Notes under the pieces: model-generated
The model's input: the letters and a program-made list of their open reading frames with translations, nothing else
What the model was told of the DNA's origin: nothing
The model's database searches: none
Position numbers and translations under genes: made by a program
In this document: piece by piece, positions 26,296-37,690 of the stretch
Numbering within the stretch: position 1 is the first letter of the stretch
Layout of the letters: each line of letters opens with the position of its first letter
DNA from: Diadema antillarum
Lineage: Eukaryota
Reading direction: 5' to 3'
Length of the DNA: 64,000 nucleotides
NCBI RefSeq assembly: GCF_040938485.1
Contig: NW_027271899.1
Span: forward strand, 620,001-684,000

Positions 26296-26694
26296 AGGGC
26301 TGGTATAGTGTTGGTTGAGATGACAACTATAGCTTTTTAACTTTTAGCGAGATACTTAAAAACTGCTTTATCAAATGCTAAAGAGCATACAATTCGAAGA
26401 GGAGTTCAAAGTTTGTTTGATGAGAGTGGGTTTTGAAATAGCCGAGATGTGCAAAAACAAAGTACTCGAAAACAAAGTGATCCTAATAAAAGGTGGGTCC
26501 CACCTTTAATGAGGATCGCATTGTTTTGCATATCTCAGCCATTTCAAAACAAATTTTCATTAAATAAACTTAAATTTATCTAAGAATTATATGCTCTTTC
26601 CTACTTCACAAGGGGTTTTTCATTATCTAAAAAAATCATCATAAAAAAATGTTGGAAACCTGAAGCCCAACTCAACCGAAACTATACCACCCCT
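26296..26694. mobile_element. Kolobok-like MITE copy A
   Basis: TIR AGGG(C/G)TGGTATAGT..GGTTGAG, flanks ATAA / TTAA, central GGTGGGTCCCACC palindrome. Confidence 0.75.
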
Positions 26695-27241
26695 TTAATA
26701 AATTTGAAGTTTCTAGCTATACCATTTGTTTCCACACATTCTCCCTGTAACCGTTCATGCTCCTTTTTTAACATCATCACATCTTGAGTTGAGACTAATC
26801 CTCCTAAATCAGCATGACTTCTAATGCTAAAAGTGGCTTCCCTTATAAACAGAATGACTGTTCATGCTTCTCTGTCAACATCTTGACTTCTTGAGCAGAG
26901 ACTAATCCTCCTAAATAAAGTACAAGGATACTGGAAAACTGGCGAAAGACTGGCCAATCCCTGAACAGAGGCCAACAACGAGAGTCATACACAGTTTACT
27001 GCACCATGAGAGGAACTGATACATGTACAAGCGATCCCAGGAGGATGCACACACTAATGATGTCATCAAGTGACATCATTCTGATCATCGCAGAGTAATA
27101 CTACATATAAGCATTTTGATCTATATCTATCCAGCACGATCCAGCTTCAGATTCCCCCCCCCCCTCCCCGTTCACCCACTATCATGTTGAATGTGCCACT
27201 CTATCTCACAAGTACATTTTTTCTTCCCTTCTCATATTTAA

Positions 27242-27623
27242 AGGGATGGTATAGTTTTGGTTGAGACCTAATTTCAGGTTTCTAACATTTTTGGGTGAGA
27301 TAATGAGAAACCTCTTATGAAATATGAAAGAACATGTAATTCCATGAGTAAATTCAACATTTATTTGATGAAAATTGGTTTTTAAATGGCTGAGATATCC
27401 AAAACAGAGCGATTCTAATAAGTGTGGCACCCACACTTTATTACGATCGCTTTGTTTTACTTTGTTTTTGGATATTTCAGTCATTCCAAACCCCATTTTC
27501 ATCAAATAAACTTTGAATTCCTCTGAAAATGGTATGCTCTGTACTATTTCATAAGTGTTTTCTTTGTATCTTGCAAAAAGTTAAATGCCCAATTCTCATC
27601 TCCACCAATACTGTACTATCCCT
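27242..27623. mobile_element. Kolobok-like MITE copy B
   Basis: TTAA TSD on both sides, AGGG...CCCT ends, 382 bp. Confidence 0.82.
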
Positions 27624-28500
27624 TTAACATACCACAATATTCCTTAAAGATTTTCCTCAGAAGCAACTTCTCACTTGAGAAGACCAGAAGGTTCTGGCAA
27701 TATCAATCACACCACATATTCTTCCTCTATTATATCATGTTTTGCTTGTTTTGTGTACCTGTTTTCACTCATAGAGTTCATTTTGTGGGATATATCATCG
27801 ACTGTGGCATATATCACAGATTATGGCATATATTACAGATTGTGGTATATGTTACAGAGTTGGGTATATATCTAAGATCATGCTTTGCTTTCCACCATGT
27901 GGGATATTAAACTGAAACAAAAACAACATCATACCATTCCTACTTAATATCCCTTCTAAGGAATTATAAAACAATCTTTTAATGATAGATAACTGGATTT
28001 AATAAAGAATCTAGACAAGCATATAAATATATCAAATCTAGAAACAAACAAGAATGATTAGCACATATATTATGCTCCAGAAACAAGTGCAATAACAGTC
28101 CTTGATCGGCAATTTTCATGACATACAATCTGCAGTGCATAATCTCTACAAATGACATTTCCAACACAAAATGAATTTACACTGCATTACCATGCATATT
28201 TACCTCAAAATTTTACCACCTATCTGCCTTAAAATAGTAGCAGAAATGAATGATATCTAGCATTCCTATCTTCTATGGGGATAAAACTGATGTCATTTTT
28301 AGGTCACTTACAATGTATGTCTGCGCCTCTGTTCAATGATCAGTTTGCCGAACAGTGCATAAGTCTTAAATAATGCCTCCGGCACCACTTCGTGGCGGAG
28401 GCATAAAAATACAATCTAATCAGATATACATCTGTTCCTGCTCTGACTATATGCATTACCTATCTCTCCTCACACACAAAATCATATACTGAGTATGCAT

Positions 28501-28503
<3 letters not shown>

Positions 28504-28545
<42 letters not shown>
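28504..28545. repeat. (CA)n microsatellite
   Basis: Direct reading. Confidence 0.95.
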
Positions 28546-28555
<10 letters not shown>

Positions 28556-30088
28556 CACATACCAATAGATGAACTCATGGCCAGAGATGTCAAGTGTCTT
28601 GTAATTGACAAATGCCCTCACTAACTGGCTTTATGATCATAACACAAAATCAACATAAAGATATTTTCATGTGAATTCCAGGCCAGCAACATAAAAAAGG
28701 ACAGACATTTGCTTGAATAACATCAGTAAGACTGGTAGGAGTCCAAATTGTGATTTATTGCCTCAGATATTGATTGATCTGTGGCCCAAGGGAACTCTTC
28801 AGATATTAAATTAATAACCCCTCCCCCTCGACTCCACTGCCTACCTCAAATTTCCTAGCTTCATTTGGCTAAATGGGACAGTACCAGGAAAACTTCATTA
28901 CAAGCAAAAGGGGGGGGGGGGGTGGGGAGAAGGGACAGGGAGAGTCAGAGAAAATAACTACAGTGCTCAAACAAACAGTTGTAGTTTCTACTTTCCAATA
29001 TAAGTGACTTGCTGTGGTGAAGAAGGCAACAACCACAAAAACATCCAATTATAAAGTCCTAAATTGCTTTTTATCCCTGGTCAAATATACCCTCCAATGA
29101 TATTGACAAGAAGATTTAATCCAATCTTGGCAGAAAGGATGAGGACAATCTCAGCTTTCTCGCATTATTACATCGCTCTTGACCTTCAAATTGGGGGGGG
29201 GGGGTGAAAAATTAATGTTCTATCGTATTTCTCCACTTTATCCTGCTAAGTTGCACCACTATAAAAATCACAGTAAATAATGTACTGGTGATTTTATCTG
29301 AATGTACAAGTCCTCAGGGGGAAAGGGGAATGTTCTATTTTACTACGTTTGAATTCATGTATATGGATATTTTGTGAAACAAGCGGTTAAATTCACCTCT
29401 TCCTGTTTAATACACTTCAGGTTAGCTTTTTGGTTGTCATGAACTCTTGTTTGTTTGTTTGGTTGTTTGGTTGTCTTAAAAATTTAAGTATTGAATGTGA
29501 ACACGTCAGAAAACTGGTCTAAAGAGAACTATTCTATCATCTCATCGGTAAGGAAGTCTTAAATGACCTGCCTTTGATTATGCAATTACTGGTCTCATGC
29601 ATTCCTCAAAAACTCTGCAAGTAAAGCACTGGCATGGGATGACTTGCTCAGTCACAACAAAAGAGGGGGTACTTCCACTACCAGCAACTACCTCATCAAA
29701 TGTGACTGATTTCATATCTCTACACATAACTCAAATACATAATACAAAATCAAAGATCTTTTTTGAAATACATACTTGAAACATGACATTGCATTTCAAA
29801 TTCAGTTCAACCTGCACACAGCAACCACTCAATGGAAACAAAAGTGGCCTTCATGGGCAGGTGGATACTGTAGGCAGTATTTCTTTTTCCTACTCTGCAC
29901 AAACCTACGGCGAGTACATTTACACACTAAATTAGCAGCACATTCGACTTCAACCCACAGTATTAGTCATAAAAAACATAAATGCATCTATACACATATC
30001 TGAGTGCAAAAGGTTTCAACATATCACCGATTTTTTTGCCCACAGAAAAAAAAATGCATAAATGTGCATTTCAATTTATCCGTCTTAA

Positions 30089-30471
30089 AGGAATGGTACA
30101 GTATTGGTGGAGATGAAAATTGGGCTTGTAACTTTTTGCGAGATACCAAGAAAACACTTATGAAATAATATAGAGCATACCATTTTAAGGGGAATTCAAA
30201 GTTTATTTGTTGAAAATCGGGTTTGGAATTACTGAAACATCCAAAAACTAAGTAAAACAAAGTGATCGTAATAAAATGTGGGTCCCACACTTTATTAGAA
30301 TCGCTCTGTCTTGGATATCTCAGCCATTTCAAAACCAATTTTCATCAAATAAATGTTGAATTCCTCATGGAATTACATGCTCTTTCACATTTCATAAGAG
30401 GTTTCTCATTATCTTACTAAAAAAATGTTAGAAACCTGAAATTAGGTCTCAACCAAAACTATACGATCCCT
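30089..30471. mobile_element. Kolobok-like MITE copy C (inverted relative to B)
   Basis: TTAA TSD on both sides, 383 bp, highly similar to the reverse complement of copy B. Confidence 0.82.
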
Positions 30472-31104
30472 TTAAACCTGGTTAATCTTTTGTGTGACAA
30501 AAAGAATGAAAGAGAGAAAGAGAAAAGTACAAATTGCTGGCAGAATGAAAAGCAACTCACATACTGGCACATAGGGCTCAACCTGAAGTTTGTGGTCACT
30601 ACTTTAATAATATGAAATACTGACCACAGGAGTAAAATAAGGTGGACACAGGCTGCATTAGACATGTGGTTGCTACAAGAACACTGACTGTGGATTTTGC
30701 TGTGACAAGCATGTCATTGCACACATTCGGCAAAGCATCTTCACTTAAGCCCAAATTCCACAAACAATTCAAGCAATACAAAGAAACAATATCCCAAGGG
30801 TGGAAAAACGAATAATGGAAAGAACAATATGATGATAATGACATTCATCAGAAGAAAATATTGATGCATTGTACTTGGAAAGTGATATCATTACTTAATT
30901 TCTTGCTCATGTCGTAAGTGGAGGTGTTTACCTATTAGCGTGTTGCAATAATTCTAGTGTCTCTACCTCACTTTCTTGCAGCGCCTTGAGCATGTGCTCA
31001 GTGCTCGCATGCGCACCTCAAATACACACACCTTGTATTCCTTCACTTGTTGGCCCATTTTCCAATGATAAAGCATCCTTCAAAAAATCTTTTTAAAAAA
31101 ATCC

Positions 31105-31290
31105 TGGATCCAGACGGTGATCCAAATCACTAGCAAACTGTAATCATCTATTCCTTGTGTCATCATCAACTTTTCCTGAAAATTTCGTTCAAATCCTTTC
31201 ATAACTTTTAGAGTTGTTTTGCAAACAGACTGAAACAGACAGACAGACAGACAAACAAACTAATACAAACCTCCTTGGTGGAGGTAATAA
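31105..31290 (+). mobile_element. Partial HINE-like element, family C (3' part)
   Basis: GGATCCAGACGGTGATCC, then a (CAGA)n/(CAAA)n tract, then the terminal hairpin ACCTCC-TTGGT-GGAGGT followed by AATAA. Confidence 0.6.
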
Positions 31291-31658
31291 CAATGACAAG
31301 AGGCAAGAAATTATCTAAACACATCAACAACAAAAAAAAGAACGTGGGGAAATACTGTTGGGGAGAACAAACTAGGCAGGACCCGAGGTATTCACAGTTT
31401 TTTTCAATTTGTTTGCCCTCTGTACAAATGAAATTTGTAAGATCACAACTGCTGATCTACATTTTTGACAAACATGTCGGAAAATGAACCAGCAAGAATC
31501 GAACCTGTCATCTACTATGTGTACTTTATGGGCAGCCGCACTACAACCAGGCTATCCCTGGTTGCTGGCAGTAACACAATGAACTTGGAACAAATGTCCA
31601 AGCCCTGAAATTCTGACATTGTCATGCTAAGTAGTCCAACTGGCGGACAAGGCATATC

Positions 31659-32665
31659 AAACTAGATATATCACTTAAGGTGATTAATTCCCCCGCCCCG
31701 TGACGACAGTCTTACCCAAGGAATGATCTTTCCTTGATCTTCTGCCATTTAAATGCCGTTACCATGGCAACGCAGCTTCCGACACGTCCGAAAGATATGT
31801 CTTGCACATCTTCCCACCAAGACTATTGTGTGTGCCACATTTCATAAGCTTTGGTCAAAAAACTGAGGAAGTAGTTAAATCCGCAAGATCTTTCCTTGAT
31901 CTTCTGCCATTAATATGCCGTTACCATGGCAACGTACTTTCGGGTACTGTCAAAAAATGCGTCTTGCACATCTACAACCAAAGGCATACATCTGTACCAA
32001 GTTTTATGGAAATTGGGCAAAAACTGAGGAAGTAGTTTGCAACACAAAATTTTCCATCATTTTGGCTCATAATATGTGAGCTGTTACCATGGCAACATAC
32101 TTTTTGTCACTGTCAAGAAATGTGTCATGCTGACCTATATCCTAAGACAAACATTCAATATGAATTCCATGAGAATTGGAAGAACACTGATGAAGCAGTT
32201 TTGCCATGAAGCATTTTGCCCTATATTTTACCAATAACATGCCGTTACCATGGCAACGCACTTTTTGCCACTGCGGAAATATGTGTCTTGCACATTAACA
32301 TATTCAGATGAACATCTGTACCTAATTTCATAAAAATTGATCAAAAACTGTGGGAGGAGTTCGCGACGCAAGATTTGTACCCATTTTTGCCCATAATATG
32401 CCGTTACCATGGCAACGTACTTTTGGGTACTGTCAAAAAATACGTCTTGCACATCTACAACCCAAGGCACACATCTGTGCCAAGTTTTATGGGAATCGGT
32501 TGACAACTGAGGAAGTAGTTCGCGACGCAAGATTTGCAACGGACCGACCGCCCGACCGACCGCCCGACCGCCCGACCGACCGCCCGACCGACCGCCCGAC
32601 CGCCCGACCGACCGTCCGCTGATTCCTATATACCCCCTTCAAACTTCGTTTGGCGGGGGTATAAT
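31659..32665 (+). mobile_element. Helentron-associated element, family B copy 2 (different 5' end)
   Basis: Body nearly identical to copy 1 with one extra unit. The 5' end is AACTAGATATATCACTTAAGGTGATTAATTCCCCCGCC. Confidence 0.85.
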
Positions 32666-32718
32666 AAAAGAAAGAGATGCAGGACCTGTCCCCAAGACAG
32701 AGAAAGTGTAAAACTCAC

Positions 32719-32866
32719 CTTCATCCCGTCCAGTGACATGTTGGCCGTAATCTCAAACTTCTTGACCAGGAGCTGCTCGGCCACGTGGTAGATGCAGACA
32801 TGTTTGGACTTTCCCGCCGCCAGCACACACGACCCGTCGGCCGAGTAGCACAGTGTCCGGAAGCAC
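32719..32866 (-). CDS. PWP2: PWP2 exon 14 (CFRTLCYSADGSCVLAAGKSKHVCIYHVAEQLLVKKFEITANMSLDGMK)
   Basis: Bounded by ccaaag| and |gtgagt, 148 nt. Confidence 0.96.
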
Positions 32867-34037
32867 CTTTGGTGGTTGTGAGATGCCAGAGACCATGGGA
32901 TGAATTGTTGTTGTTGTTATTTTTAATCACAACATCAACCCCTACAACACTTTGTGATGATAACCATGTAGGCTCAAGACTACTCAAAAACTAGCCCTGG
33001 AGTTTACTTGCACACTCATCTTTTTACTGTATATACAACTGCTTTTCACTGTCACATACTCTGCTTTGAACAATGTCACCTAGTGTCACATTGCCCAACC
33101 ATCCCAGTTTTAATAGCTTCATGGACAAGCTGCTATCGCGATTATAGATTCAAGTTTGAAAGTTTAATTGAGAATCTATTCACCTGGTGCAAGCTTTCAT
33201 TTTTCTTTTACTTTAAATATTTGGTTTATGCAGATTGCACCCATCAACTGTTACTTTTTCAAAGATGAGCAACATTCTAGCAAATATAAGACAAAGCGTT
33301 GTGCATTATGGATTTAATTTGTCATCATAGAAACCAAACATTCCTTCTGCATCACAAAACCAAATTCTTAAAGTCTCCAGTCCGAGAGTAAGATTCAGTC
33401 TTGGAGGATTTGGTCTGCCATTCCTGGAACTGAGCCTCTTAGAAATTGCATTACTGTACATGTTCTGAATTATAGAGGAATATGTATGCCCTAGGGCCTA
33501 CTACTGCAATTTACTCCCCTAAAACACCACTTCCATATACTGCACTGCTCTAATCAATTGCAGTAATCCAAATAAAGTGATTATGTTATGCTGCAGTTGT
33601 ACTAGTTACAATGCCACTGATGTGTAATTTTACATGTGATGTCAAATCTACTGTGGTTATTTCTGATATCATATCTACTGGCATCACAGAAAGATATCAA
33701 TGCAAAAAGGAAATCTAGGCTGCACTTATCACCACACACTGAGAATACAGTGCTGCCAAGGCTGATTATATCTGACGATAAGAAATCAGACATCCTATCA
33801 GCACGATAAGATAGAATGAAGGTTGAATTTTCCAAATCACATGACACTATAACACTGTACCTGCATTCCATGAAATATCACAGTATTTCTCTATCCATCC
33901 AGCCCTCTATAACTCAGGGAATAATTTTCCTGGTACTGCACCACAATTCACTGTGCATTTTTTTCCAACCATTACATAAACTTGTGCTGCAATTCTCTAC
34001 CATAGTAAAGTACAGGATACCATTTTAAAATATTATT

Positions 34038-37000
34038 CAGGGCTGCACACTGGCGCCGGTCCGACGGTCAAAGACCGGTAAAAGTCACTGTCGGACCGGT
34101 AACTTTTCAGGAAATCCACAAGTTACCGGTCCGACATGACCAGTAAAAAAAAAAAAAAGCATTGGTGGGGTCAGTAGAAAGGAAAAGAGCAGCCCCGATC
34201 AGGGAGAAACAGAATGCAAGATATCGCACTGTTCAACAAGTTTTACGCAAGTTTTCGTTTATGTCTACCGGTGCAATTTGTACAGTAAACATAGTTTTGA
34301 GCACTAGCAGTCGACCAGTTACATTCGCGCTCGCTTGCGCATTTGGCGCTGCTCACGCACTGCCATGCAATGCAATACATGCAAAGCAAATGATGCAAAG
34401 CATGTACAGTGTAACTGCTTCTTGTTTGCTTGCGATCGGCGGTCATGCCAGACATGAAGCATTGAAAGAAGCGCACGCATTTCTGGGTCATTTTACTCGT
34501 GATTTTTTAACGCAAGATCGATCCGATCCCGGCTTCGCAGCAGCGTGGCAGTTATGTTAGAACTAATTTACTTGTGTCGATTTTTAGAAAAAGTAAAAAC
34601 ACATTCGATATTCAGCGATACAGTAAATGGATCTGATTGCGTTTATTTTTATTTTGCACAGTCATTTCACAAATTGATATTTTCATTCGCTCAGAATGTT
34701 CTCATAACAAAGATAGGCGCAAAAAGGATCACGAAATCGGCCCTTCCGTGTACTTTTTAAGAACGCATGCACAAAATGTGAAGAGATAATACTAGGGAGA
34801 AAAAAAATCATGAAATCATGGCAGTCCCGCTTACATATTTCAGGTAGAAATCGTCCCAAAAAGGATCATGAATTCGACCGGCCGCGTCGTATCTTCCAAA
34901 AGATAATGTACGAAATGCGAAGCGATTATAGAGGAGAAAAAGAAAAAAATAAAGGACACATTTTGGTGAGTGCATCATAAACGATTACAGCCGAATAACA
35001 ATTCATGAAATCAACGCAATCCCGTTGAAATTTGAGGAAATAATAGGCGCAAAAAAAAAAAAAAGATCTTGAATTCAGTCCTGCATGCCGTCTTGGTTAT
35101 CAAAAACGCATACACAAATGCGACGAGATTATCGGGAGAAAAATAAAAAAAGACATTTTTACCCTTCTGGTGCTTGTATTACAAAAGATTACATCCGAAG
35201 TAATTCATGAAATCACCACAATCCCGCTAATATTTGAGGCAGAAATAGGCGCAAAAAGGATCGTAAATTCGGCCGTGTCGTATACCTTGTAGATAAGAAC
35301 GCATGTACAAAACGGGAAAAGATTAGCGGGAGAAAAATAAAGGACACATTTTCACAACTTTTGGCGCTTGCATCATATAAATTACAGCCGAATAGTAATT
35401 CATGAAAATTTCGCAATCCCGTTGGAATTTGAGTAAACAATAATAGACGCAAAAAGAATATCGAATTCGGCCCTGCATGCAATGTATAATTTTGAAAACG
35501 CCAAATACGAAGAAATTATCGGGAGAAAAATAAAGAACGCATTTTCAACCCTTCTGGTGAATGTATCACAAAAGATTACGGCCGAAATAATTAATGACAT
35601 ATCGCAATCCCGCTGATATTTGATGTAGAAATAGGCGCTAAAAGTATAACGTATAGGCATGTACGCAATGCGAAGTGATTATTGGGTGAAAAATGCAGCA
35701 CACATTTTCAACCCCTTTTGGCCCGTGCATCATAAAGATTATAGAGCCGAGTGATAATTCATAAAATCATCTCAATCCCATTGAAGTGTGAGGAAATGAT
35801 AGGCGCAAAAGAATCATGATTTTTGGCCGTGTCGTGTATCTTTTAAGAACGCATTTACAAAATGCGAAGAGTTTATCGGGGAAAAATAAAGGACACATTT
35901 TCAACCCCTTTTGGCGCGTGTATCATAAAAGACTGCATCCGAAGTCATACATGAACTCATCGCAATCCCGCTTATACATGTATATGAGGTAGAAATAAGC
36001 GCAAAAAGGATCGTGAATTCGGCCATGTCGTATACCTTTCATTGCAAGAACGCATGTACGGAATGCGAAGAGATTATGGGGAGAAAAATAAAGAACGCAT
36101 TTTCAACCATTCTAGCTGGTGCGTGCATCACAAAAGATTATATCTGAAGTAATTCATGAAATTGTCACAATTCGTCTGATATTTAATGTAGAAATAGACG
36201 ATAAAAGGATCGTGAATTCGACCGTGTCGTATACGCATGTACGAAATGCGAAGATATTATTGGGAGAAAAATACAGGACACATTTTCAACCCCTTTTGGC
36301 CCGTGCATCATAAAGATTACGCCCGAATAATAATTCATGAAATCATCGCAATCCCGTTGAAGTTTGAGGAAACAATAGGCGCAAAAAGAATCATGATTTT
36401 TGGCCGTGTCGTATATCTGTTCAGAACGCATTACGAAATGCGAAGAGTTTATCCGGGAAAAATAAAGGACACATTTTCAACCCATTTTGGCGCGTTTATC
36501 ATAAAAGATTACTGCCGAAGTTATTCATGAAATCATCGCAATCCCGCTGATATTTGAAGTAGAAATAGGCGCAAAAATGATCGTGAATTCGGCCGTGTCT
36601 TAGAACGCATGTACGGAATGCGAAGAGATTATGGGGAGAAAAATAAAGAACGCATTTTCAACCATTCTTGAAGTTTTTTAAAGGTACATCCGAAGTAATA
36701 CGTGAAATCGCCACAATTCCGTTGATATTTGAGGTAGAAATAGGCGCAAAAAGTATCATGAATTCGGCTGTGTGGAACATCTGTAAGAACGCACTTACGA
36801 AATTCGAAGAGTTTATTGGGAAAAAATAAAGGACACATTTTCAACCCCTTTTGGCGCGTGCATCATAAAAGATTACAGCCAAAGTAATTTATGAAATCGT
36901 CACAATCCCGCTGATATTTGAGGTAGAAATAGGCGAAAAAAGTATCATGAATTCGGCCATGTGGTGCATCTTTTTTAAGAACGCACTTACGAAATTCGAA

Positions 37001-37690
37001 GAGTTTGTCGGGAAAAAATAAAGGACACATTTTCAACCTCTTTTGGCGCTTGCATCAGAAAATATTACAGCCGAAGTAATTTATGAAATCGTCACAATCT
37101 CGCTAATATTTGAGGTGGAAATGGGCGCAAAAAGGATCGCGAATTCGGCCCTGCATGTCGTGTACCTTTCAAGAACGCATGTACAAATGCAAATAGATTA
37201 TCGGGAGAAAAATAAAGAACCCCTTGTAGCGCGTGCATCAGAAAATATCACAGCTAAAATAATTCATTAAATCGTCGCAATCCAACTGACCACCAAGAGC
37301 AGGTCAAGCAGCAAGTTTGTGTGCCGATGTTTAGAAAAAGTCACAAACGCATTTGATACAATCTGATTTTGTTCATTATCATTTTACACTGTAATTCACA
37401 AACAAACATTCTATTTTTTCCTATCTTTTTTTTAAATTTTTTTTGTGCAATAAATAATGCAAGTTTTAAAAAAAAATTAATCTGTAAAATGTACATGGGG
37501 GGGGGGGTACAATGTACGTCCATAAAAAACAAGAAAATAAGTTTTCAAGTCATTTAATATTTTTTTAGGTTGTTGTTGTTGACCGGTAAATTTTCTGTTC
37601 GGACCGGCAAAAAATGGTAAAACGGGGCATTTACCGGTCCGACAGAGACAGGTTGGACCGGCAGAAAAAATGGGTTAGTGTGCAGCCCTG
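34038..37690. mobile_element. Non-autonomous DNA transposon with CAGGGCTGCACACT TIRs enclosing a satellite array
   Basis: Perfect 14-bp TIR and subterminal GGACCGGT/ACCGGTCC motifs. TATTATT precedes the left end and recurs 5 nt after the right end. Confidence 0.85.
34700..37290. repeat. Tandem satellite array, ~14 units of ~170-200 bp
   Basis: Recurring unit AAATAGGCGCAAAAAGGATCGTGAATTCGGCC...AAGAACGCA...GGACACATTTTCAACCC...CGCAATCCCG. Confidence 0.93.

Larger units (their letters stand above)
25715..26925. repeat. Three ~100-bp degenerate repeat units interrupted by two MITEs
   Basis: ACTGTTCATG..CATCTTGAG.TGAGACTA.TCCTCC units at ~25720, ~26750 and ~26855. Confidence 0.6.

Noticed and set aside
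27055-27090. C/D-box-like TGATG..CTGA with a 10-bp hairpin (possible intronic snoRNA)
   Set aside because: It is too short and lacks a proper box C and any guide region. No supportable snoRNA was found in PWP2 introns.
31490-31570. tRNA-like segment with GGTTCGATTC on the minus strand
   Set aside because: There is no acceptor stem or cloverleaf. At most it is a SINE-head relic.
34700-37290. CRISPR-like appearance of regularly spaced repeats
   Set aside because: The whole ~185-bp unit is repeated with no unique spacers, there are no cas genes, and the context is eukaryotic.
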